Source: an uncultured Gemmatimonadales bacterium (GTDB taxonomy: Bacteria; Gemmatimonadota; Gemmatimonadetes; Longimicrobiales; Gaopeijiaceae). From it: a stretch of DNA of 64,000 nucleotides. Where the stretch lies: positions 864,001 to 928,000 of the forward strand of contig CAWELD010000010.1 in assembly GCA_963809895.1 (NCBI GenBank). Reading direction: 5' to 3'. The notes under the pieces are model-generated. The model was not told where the DNA came from and did not search any database. It saw only the letters and a program-made list of their open reading frames with translations. Positions 57,324 through 64,000 of this stretch are shown piece after piece. Position numbers and translations under genes: made by a program. How positions within the stretch are numbered: the stretch's first letter is position 1; every line of letters starts with the position of its first letter.

Positions 57324-60223
57324 GAGGGGGTGTCCCTTCCGACCTCCGAGGGGGCGGACGCGGCCATGGCCTGTCGGAGCCCCGTCACGATCTCCTTCCT
57401 GAGGTCGGTCCCCTTCTGGAGAATCCGCTCGACCCCGCCGTTGAGCCGTGCCCGATCGTCTTCGGTGAGATCCTTGGCCGTCATGACCACGACCGGGATG
57501 TCGGCGTCGTCCGGCCGGCGATGAAGCTCGTCCAGGAAGCCGAAGCCATCGAGCTCGGGCATCATCAGGTCCAGCAGGATGAGCGACGGCCGGTCCGTCG
57601 CCACACGCTCGAGGCCCACCAGCCCGTTCTCGGCCTCGGTCACCGTGCACCCGACCTCCTCCAGGGTGCGCCGCACGATGTCTCGGGTCGCGTCGTCGTC
57701 CTCCACCACCAGCACACGGGTGTCGCCGTCCTGGGCGAAGTGGCCGAGCACCGTGATCAGGCGGTCCTTCTCCACCGGCTTGGTCAGGTAGCCCGCGGCG
57801 CCCAGGGCCATTCCCAGCGGCTTCTCGTCCAGGATGCTGAGCATGATGACCGGGATGCCGGACAGGTCCCGTTCCGCCTTGAGGGCTGCCAGCACGGCCC
57901 AGCCGTCCATGCCCGGCATCATCACGTCCAGGGTGATGGCGGCCGGGCGCAGCTCCCTGGCCAGGGCGATGCCCGCCTCACCGTCCGAGGCCGTGGCCAC
58001 CCGGTAGTCGTCGGCCTCCAGGTGCCGTCGCACCAGGTCACGGGTCGCCGGGTCGTCGTCGATCACCAGCACCAGGGGGCCGTCCCCCTCACCGATGTCG
58101 GTCTCGGGGACGCCGCCCTCCCGTACCTCGCGAGGCAGGCGGATCGTGAAGGTCGACCCGACGTTCTCTTCGCTTTCCACCGTGACGTCGCCACCCATCA
58201 TCCGACAGAACTTGCGGGTGATGGTGAGTCCGAGGCCGGTGCCGCCGAACCGGCGCGAGGTGGAGGCATCGGCCTGGGTGAAGGCCTGGAAGAGTCGGGC
58301 GAGCTGCTCGGGCGTCATGCCGATGCCGCTGTCCGAGACCCGGAAGACCAGCATGTCGTCGTCGGCGTCGGCGGACACGTCCACCGAGATGGTCCCGTTG
58401 TCGGTGAACTTGCTGGCGTTGGAGAGCAGGTTGAGCAGGGACTGGCGCAGCCGGGTCTGGTCCGCGTGCATCTCCCCCAGTGACTCTTCGCAGCGGACCT
58501 CCAGCCGGTTGCCGTTCTTGGAAACCAGCGGCGTGACCGTGGTCGCCACTTCTTCCACGAGCTCGGCCACGTCGAAGGTCTCGAGGTAGAGCTCCATCTT
58601 GCCCGCCTCGATCTTCGACAGGTCCAGCACGTCGTTGATGAGCGCCAGCAGGTGCTTGCCCGCCGAGTGGATCTTCTCCAGGTCGGGGATATAGACGTCG
58701 TTGCCGTCGTCCTCCGCCTCTTCGGCCAGCATCTCGCTGTACCCGAGGATGGCGTTGAGGGGCGTGCGCAACTCGTGGCTCATGTTGGCCAGGAACTGCG
58801 ACTTGGACTGGTTGGCCTCCTCGGCCTCGCGGCGCGCCTGCATCAGCTCGGTGATGTCGTGGTAGAGGGCCATCATGCCCACGGGCTCGCCCTCCACCTC
58901 GACGCGCACGGCCAGGATCTCCACGTCCACCAGCGTGCCGTCCTTTCGGCAGCGCTTGGCGATGCCGTGGGCGGTGCGGTGGCGGGCCCGTCGGGTGTAG
59001 GCCACGGCTTCGGCCCGGAGCTCCGGGGTGGTGATGAGGTTGTCCAGGTTCTTGCCCACCACCTCGGCCAGCTCGTAGCCGAACAGCTTCGTGAAGACCG
59101 GATTGGCCGACACGATGTCTTCCTGGAGATTCAGCGTGACGATGGCGACCGGGCTGTTGTGCATCACCGACTCGAAGTACTGCTTCTGGTTGCGGGCCTC
59201 CTGAAAGAGTCGGGCGTTGTGGATGGCGATGGCGGCCTGCTGACCGAAGAGATTGAGGAGCGCCAGATCCTCTTCGGTGAAGTGCTTGTCGGGATCCTCG
59301 TGCCAGACGTTCATGGCGCCCACCGGCCGATCCCCGATGAGAAGCGGCGCCACCACCACCGCGCGTGCGTTGATCTGGGTGTACTGGTCGGAGCGGCCCT
59401 CCCAGGTCTGGTAGTCGTCGATGATCATCATGTCGCCGGTCTTGGCGACGTGGCCCATGGCCCCCTCGCCGTAGGCCAGCGTCGCGCCCCGGGAATCGGC
59501 GGCCATGGCGTAGTTCGACACCACGGTCATGAGACGGGTGTTCTCGTCGTAGCTCGCCAGCTCACCGCCGACGGCGCCCAGCAGGTTCACCGCGCGGCGG
59601 AGCACCGAGTCCAGGAGATCTCGGGGATCGAGCTGCGACGACAGGTCGGCGATGGTCTCCAGCAGCGCCTCACGCTCGTCGGCCCTCTGTCGCTCGGCGC
59701 GCAGCAGGCGAGCCCGTGCGATGGCGATGCCGGCCTGGTTGGCCGCGGCTTGCAGGACCTCGAAGTCCTCTTCGCCGAAGGCGTCGGGCTGCGCGCTCTC
59801 CACGGTGAGCACCCCGATGACCTCGTCGCCGGACTTGAGAGGTACGTCGACCTCGGATCCATGGCCCAGCGTCGCCACGTAGTTGGGCTCGTCCTCCACC
59901 CGGGGGCTGTAGTGGAGCCGGCCGTCCAGGGCGCGCTCGTTGAGTCCCGTGCCCGGCGGAAGCCGCCAACCGGATTTCGCGCTCGTCCAGCCGAAGGTGT
60001 TGGTCAGGACACGGTCGCCGGTGTCCTGATCCACGAGGAAGAGGCCCATGAACTCGTATCCGAGGGCCTCGTCGTGTAGTCCTTCCACCACGCGCTGACA
60101 GATCTGGGCTTCGTCGTGCGCGGCGGAGATCTCGTGGCTGAGACGGATGACGGCGGCCTGGCGGCGGACGAGGGACCCTCGTCCACCCCGGGCGACATCG
60201 CCCTCGGGATCGTGCGACGCCAT
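57320..60223 (-). CDS. Hybrid histidine kinase GAF-GAF-PAS-HisKA-HATPase-REC-REC
   Basis: Same kinase motifs plus two receivers (LVIDDD..LDVMMP; LVVEDD..LDLMMP). Confidence 0.93.
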   Translation of the reverse strand: MASHDPEGDVARGGRGSLVRRQAAVIRLSHEISAAHDEAQICQRVVEGLHDEALGYEFMGLFLVDQDTGDRVLTNTFGWTSAKSGWRLPPGTGLNERALDGRLHYSPRVEDEPNYVATLGHGSEVDVPLKSGDEVIGVLTVESAQPDAFGEEDFEVLQAAANQAGIAIARARLLRAERQRADEREALLETIADLSSQLDPRDLLDSVLRRAVNLLGAVGGELASYDENTRLMTVVSNYAMAADSRGATLAYGEGAMGHVAKTGDMMIIDDYQTWEGRSDQYTQINARAVVVAPLLIGDRPVGAMNVWHEDPDKHFTEEDLALLNLFGQQAAIAIHNARLFQEARNQKQYFESVMHNSPVAIVTLNLQEDIVSANPVFTKLFGYELAEVVGKNLDNLITTPELRAEAVAYTRRARHRTAHGIAKRCRKDGTLVDVEILAVRVEVEGEPVGMMALYHDITELMQARREAEEANQSKSQFLANMSHELRTPLNAILGYSEMLAEEAEDDGNDVYIPDLEKIHSAGKHLLALINDVLDLSKIEAGKMELYLETFDVAELVEEVATTVTPLVSKNGNRLEVRCEESLGEMHADQTRLRQSLLNLLSNASKFTDNGTISVDVSADADDDMLVFRVSDSGIGMTPEQLARLFQAFTQADASTSRRFGGTGLGLTITRKFCRMMGGDVTVESEENVGSTFTIRLPREVREGGVPETDIGEGDGPLVLVIDDDPATRDLVRRHLEADDYRVATASDGEAGIALARELRPAAITLDVMMPGMDGWAVLAALKAERDLSGIPVIMLSILDEKPLGMALGAAGYLTKPVEKDRLITVLGHFAQDGDTRVLVVEDDDATRDIVRRTLEEVGCTVTEAENGLVGLERVATDRPSLILLDLMMPELDGFGFLDELHRRPDDADIPVVVMTAKDLTEDDRARLNGGVERILQKGTDLRKEIVTGLRQAMAASAPSEVGRDTPS

Positions 60224-60525
60224 AGGGGGGGCTCCGGCGGCGGGGACCGAAACGCTCGGAGGGTCCGAGGCTTCGGGTTGCGAACCTCCAATGTTCCGAG
60301 CGGTGCCCGAGGGTGCAAGGTGCCACTTCAGGACGCGGTGACAGCCCCGTGCGCGTCCGCCACACGGTGGTGGCTGTGAGGATCACCGTCGGCGGATCGT
60401 GATGGGACGTGCCATCCAGGGCCCGCGAAACCGCGAGCGCCCCGATTCCGTCTCTGATGGCAGGGGATGGCGGGCAGGGGGCCAAGAACCGCGGGTCACG
60501 GAAGCGGGAAACGAGAGGGCGACCC

Positions 60526-62964
60526 ATGTCGACGTTGGGGTCTGATCTACGCTACGGCATGCGCATGCTGGTGAAGGCGCCCGGGCCGTCGCTGATCGCG
60601 GTGTTCACCATCGCGCTGGGGGTGGGGCTCACCACCTTCACGTACAGCTCGCTCGACGGCACGGTGCTGCGGGGCCTCGACGTGCCGGGCGCCGACCGGC
60701 TGATGATGGTGGACGAGCGCATCGAGCGTCTCGACATCGAGCAGAACGGCGTTCCCCTGCACGACTTCCTGGATCTGCAGGAGCGACAGAACGTCTTCGA
60801 AGAGGTGGCGGCGTACAACTGGACGTCGCTGAACCTCGCGGGCGACGGGGCCCCGCCGGAACGGGTGGAAGGTGCGGTGGTGTCGGCCAACGCCTTACGT
60901 CTGGTCGGCGTCGAGCCGCTCCTGGGACGTGTCTTCCAGGACGGTGAAGACGCGCCGGGGGCGGCCCCACGCATCGTCCTCTCCTACGATCTCTGGCAGA
61001 ACAGGTTCGTGGGAGACCCGGGGATCCTGGGCCGCACGATCCGCGTGAACGGCGAGGCCACGGAGGTGGTGGGCGTCATGCCCGAGGGATTCCGCTTCCC
61101 CTTCGACCACGTGGCGTGGGTGCCCTACCACTTCGATCCGGCCACCACTGCCCGCCGAGCCGCCTACCTCGAGGTCTTCGGGCGGCGGAAGCCCGGGGTC
61201 AGCGAGGCCACCGTGACCACGTCGCTGGATCGCATCTCCCGGGAAATCGAGGGCGTCTACCCCGAGGACAACCGGGGCGTGCGCCTGTGGGCCGCGCCCT
61301 ACGCGGAGCGCTACATGCCGCCCCAGATCACGGCGGTGATGTTCCTCATGCTGGCCGCGACCTTCGGCGTGCTCCTCATCGCCTGCGCCAACGTGGCCAA
61401 CCTCTTGCTGGCCAGGGCGGCGGGGCGGGGCAGGGAGGTCGCCGTCCGCACCGCGCTGGGAGCGAGCCGAGCCCGGGTCGTGCGCCAGCTTCTTGTGGAG
61501 ACGCTGGTGATGGCCGTGGTGGGCGGCGCGCTGGGGGTGGGGCTGGCATACGTCGGTCTCGCGGTGTTCAACACTGCGCTCGTGGACATCCAGAAGCCGT
61601 ACTGGATCGACTCCCGCCTGGACCTGCCCGCGCTGGCCTTTGCCTTGGGCGCGACCTTGTTGGCGACGTTCGCGTCGGGCCTGTTGCCGGCGCTTCGTGG
61701 GACCGGTCGCGGAATCGGAGGCGCGCTTCGGGACGAGGCCCGCGGATCCTCGTCGCTGCGACTGGGGCGTCTCACCGGCGCCCTCGTGGTGGGAGAGATC
61801 GCGGTGTCGTGCGGCCTTCTCATCGCGGCGGGCCTCATGATCCGGAGCATCGTCAACCTCAAGAACACCGACCTGGGCTTCGACCCGGCTCCCGTGCTCA
61901 CGGGGCAGGTGGTGCTGCAGAGCGCCGACTACGGGACTCCGCAGGAGCGGCAGGCGTTCTTCCAGGCCCTCGAGGAACGTCTGGCGGCAGAGCCCGGGGT
62001 ACAGCGCGCGGCCCTCACCACGGCGCTGCCCGCTCTGGGAGCCCCGCGCTGGTGGGTCCGGATCGACGGACAGCCGTACGCCAGCGACAGCGACGTGCCC
62101 ATGGCGTACGGAAGCGTCGTGACGCCGGGGTTCTTCGAGACCATGAGCATACCCGTGCTCCGGGGCCGCGACTTCACCCCCGCCGACGCGTGGAATCCTT
62201 CCGATCCGGTTGCGGTGGTCAGCGAGAGTTTCGCGCGACGGATCGTGGGTGGAGGCGATCCGTTGGGGGCGCGGGTCCGGATCGGTCGCCTGGAATCGAG
62301 CGATCCGTGGATCCGGATCGTGGGCGTCGTGCCCGACGTGCACGTGGGTGGAGGCGTCGGTGGCCTGGGCGACGATCAGCGCTCGCCCGAGTCCCTGTAC
62401 GTGCCTGCCGGCGTCATGGACGTGTCCTCCTTCACCGCCGCCGTGCGGACCAGCGGAGATCCAGCGGCCCTGGCCCCGCGGATGCGGGCCATCGTGCAGG
62501 GGCTCGACGGCAACCTGCCCGTCTTCAATCTGGCCCCCATGCCCGAGGCCATCGAGAAGGCGACGTGGGCATTCGGGCTGTTCGGCTCCCTCTTCACCCT
62601 GTTCGGAGCCGCGGCGCTCTTCATGGCGGCGGTCGGCCTCTACGGCGTCATGGCGTTCTCTGTGACGCAGCGCCGACGGGAGATCGGGGTGCGCATGGCG
62701 CTCGGCGCGGCGCGGCCACGGATCCTGCGCATGGTGCTGGGCCAGGGCACCCGCCGCCTCGCCCTGGGCGGTGCCCTGGGCCTGCTGCTCGGCTTCGTGC
62801 TGGCCAAGCCACTGAGCTTCGTCACCTACGGCGTGAGCCTCGCAGACCCCTTCCTCTACCTTTTCATCCTGGCCACGCTTGGAGGGGCGGGGCTGCTCGC
62901 GTGCTTCATCCCCGCCCGCTCGGCGACCCGCTCCGATCCTGCCGCGGCGATGCGCGCCGAGTAG
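60526..62964 (+). CDS. Duplicated MacB/FtsX-type ABC permease
   Basis: DLRYGMRML, LLIACANVANLLL, REIGVRMALGA. Confidence 0.92.
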   Translation: MSTLGSDLRYGMRMLVKAPGPSLIAVFTIALGVGLTTFTYSSLDGTVLRGLDVPGADRLMMVDERIERLDIEQNGVPLHDFLDLQERQNVFEEVAAYNWTSLNLAGDGAPPERVEGAVVSANALRLVGVEPLLGRVFQDGEDAPGAAPRIVLSYDLWQNRFVGDPGILGRTIRVNGEATEVVGVMPEGFRFPFDHVAWVPYHFDPATTARRAAYLEVFGRRKPGVSEATVTTSLDRISREIEGVYPEDNRGVRLWAAPYAERYMPPQITAVMFLMLAATFGVLLIACANVANLLLARAAGRGREVAVRTALGASRARVVRQLLVETLVMAVVGGALGVGLAYVGLAVFNTALVDIQKPYWIDSRLDLPALAFALGATLLATFASGLLPALRGTGRGIGGALRDEARGSSSLRLGRLTGALVVGEIAVSCGLLIAAGLMIRSIVNLKNTDLGFDPAPVLTGQVVLQSADYGTPQERQAFFQALEERLAAEPGVQRAALTTALPALGAPRWWVRIDGQPYASDSDVPMAYGSVVTPGFFETMSIPVLRGRDFTPADAWNPSDPVAVVSESFARRIVGGGDPLGARVRIGRLESSDPWIRIVGVVPDVHVGGGVGGLGDDQRSPESLYVPAGVMDVSSFTAAVRTSGDPAALAPRMRAIVQGLDGNLPVFNLAPMPEAIEKATWAFGLFGSLFTLFGAAALFMAAVGLYGVMAFSVTQRRREIGVRMALGAARPRILRMVLGQGTRRLALGGALGLLLGFVLAKPLSFVTYGVSLADPFLYLFILATLGGAGLLACFIPARSATRSDPAAAMRAE

Positions 62965-63000
62965 GCGTCGACGGAGGGTGGGACCCCGGGGGGGAGAGGG

Positions 63001-63564
63001 ATGAGTGGCGCCAATCAGATCCTGTTGGGTGTGAGCGCGGTGCTCCTGGCGGGAGCGCTGGGATTGGTGCGACGCGATTACCGTCAGCGGCGGCCACTGA
63101 AAGGAGCCCCGGTGGCCGTGGTATGGGCCGCCTACCTGGTGCACGCGGGCGTCACCGCATGGTTCGCCTGGTCCGCACCCGCCGGGCGACTCGGCTGGCC
63201 CGCGGTCCCGGCGTGGATGCTCGGGGGATTCCTCATCGGTGTCGGGGTGACCTTCGCTGCCGAATCCATCGCCACCTTCCGCTCCTTCGAGCGCATGTCG
63301 GGGCTCGACACGAGCCAGCTCGTGACCGGGGGGATCTACGCTTTCTCGCGTAATCCCCAGAACCTGGGGTGGGCGCTCGCGCTCCTGGGCGTGGCCGTGG
63401 TGGGACGATCTCCGTGGGCGCTGGTCCTCGTCGCTCTCTTCGTGCTGGTGGTGCACGTCTACATCGTGGCGCTGGAGGAGCCGTATCTGGAGGGCGTCTA
63501 CAGCGAAGCGTACCGGCGCTACAGGCAGCGTACGTCTCGGTATCTGGGGATGCCCGGGGGCTAG
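63001..63564 (+). CDS. ICMT/PEMT-family membrane methyltransferase
   Basis: LVTGGIYAFSRNPQ, EEPYLEGVYSEAYRRY..TSRY. Confidence 0.88.
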   Translation: MSGANQILLGVSAVLLAGALGLVRRDYRQRRPLKGAPVAVVWAAYLVHAGVTAWFAWSAPAGRLGWPAVPAWMLGGFLIGVGVTFAAESIATFRSFERMSGLDTSQLVTGGIYAFSRNPQNLGWALALLGVAVVGRSPWALVLVALFVLVVHVYIVALEEPYLEGVYSEAYRRYRQRTSRYLGMPGG

Positions 63565-63790
63565 GACTGGCCGATCATATCCTTGCTTGGGCGATACACC
63601 CGCCCTCCGCTGAGCCAGTCGGCGACGTCGAAGTCCTCGGGCGCGTCGAACGTCCCCTCTGTTCTTGCGGCTTCCAGGATCCTGTCGACGCGGAAGACGC
63701 GCATGCCCTCCTTTACCGCGCAGTAGCCGACCACGTACCAGGCTCTCTCGGCGTGCGCCACGGCCCCCGGCACCTTCTGGGTGCGCATGT
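63561..63790 (-). pseudogene. WYL-domain remnant
   Basis: AWYVVGYC..MRVFRVDRI..FDAPEDFD with no HTH, no N-terminal half of the WYL domain and no WCX domain. Confidence 0.7.
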
Positions 63791-63894
63791 TTCTCACTGA
63801 CCGGTTCCGGCCGCATCCGACCCACCTTGCCATTCCGTTGCCCAAAGCCCGAAGGGATCGTAAGAGCCACAAGGAAGTACCGCCGTCGACACCC

Positions 63895-63904
63895 GTAACG
63901 TTAC
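63895..63904. promoter_or_regulatory. Palindrome upstream of the toxin gene (candidate antitoxin operator)
   Basis: GTAACGTTAC, 10 bp before the TTG start. Confidence 0.5.
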
Positions 63905-63913
63905 AGGTTACAT

Positions 63914-64000
63914 TTGATCGGATCCTTCAGGGATCGGGCGACGAAGGACATCTTCGATGGCCAGAGCACAAAGGCGGCCCGCAGATGCTTGCCACTGCCG
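63914..64000 (+). CDS. HigB-like (RelE superfamily) toxin, partial
   Basis: Not in the ORF track. TTG start, MIGSFRDRATKDIFDGQSTKAARRCLPLP, matching the MIxSF...FxG N-terminus of HigB killer proteins. Confidence 0.75.
   Translation, partial: MIGSFRDRATKDIFDGQSTKAARRCLPLP

Noticed and set aside
60895..63870. Long antisense or alternate-frame ORFs (for example 60895-63870, 14944-17070, 8278-10065, 55029-56840)
   Set aside because: Shadow ORFs typical of high-GC DNA, overlapping well-supported genes and lacking recognisable motifs.
1..64000. tRNA, rRNA, IS elements or riboswitches
   Set aside because: None recognisable by eye. An Infernal/Rfam scan of the larger gaps (52382-52753, 60224-60525) would be needed to exclude them.

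Overview
High-GC (roughly 70% by eye) bacterial chromosomal window with about 48 genes. Gene content suggests a Gemmatimonadota-like organism (inference): repeated PadR/MacB-type permease pairs, an ECF sigma factor coupled to a TPR kinase, and many carboxypeptidase-regulatory-like domains. No rRNA, tRNA, CRISPR array or transposase was seen. Highlights: (1) an uncharacterised pilin/chaperone/short-usher-like operon with a convergent second pilin-like gene. Both units carry GG-N10-GC sigma54-type promoters, and the adjacent NtrC-family activator gene sits beside three TGT-N11-ACA sites (17150-22368). (2) A Cys/His/Met-rich leader ORF ending in QAPP, followed by a hairpin and an OprC-like TonB receptor lacking the canonical Cys (48719-51561). 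(3) Back-to-back, near-identical ECF promoters between a vWA gene and an ECF/anti-sigma pair. (4) A signalling cluster with duplicated GAF-GAF-PAS kinases and a HisKA-HisKA-REC-degenerate cyclase protein. (5) A 1193-aa Tat lipoprotein with transglutaminase-like and vWA regions. (6) A double aspartyl-protease-like protein lacking both catalytic Asp residues. (7) A WYL remnant next to a HigB-like toxin at the right edge. At least six genes carry frameshifts that look like sequencing errors. All family calls come from motif recognition by eye, not from database searches.
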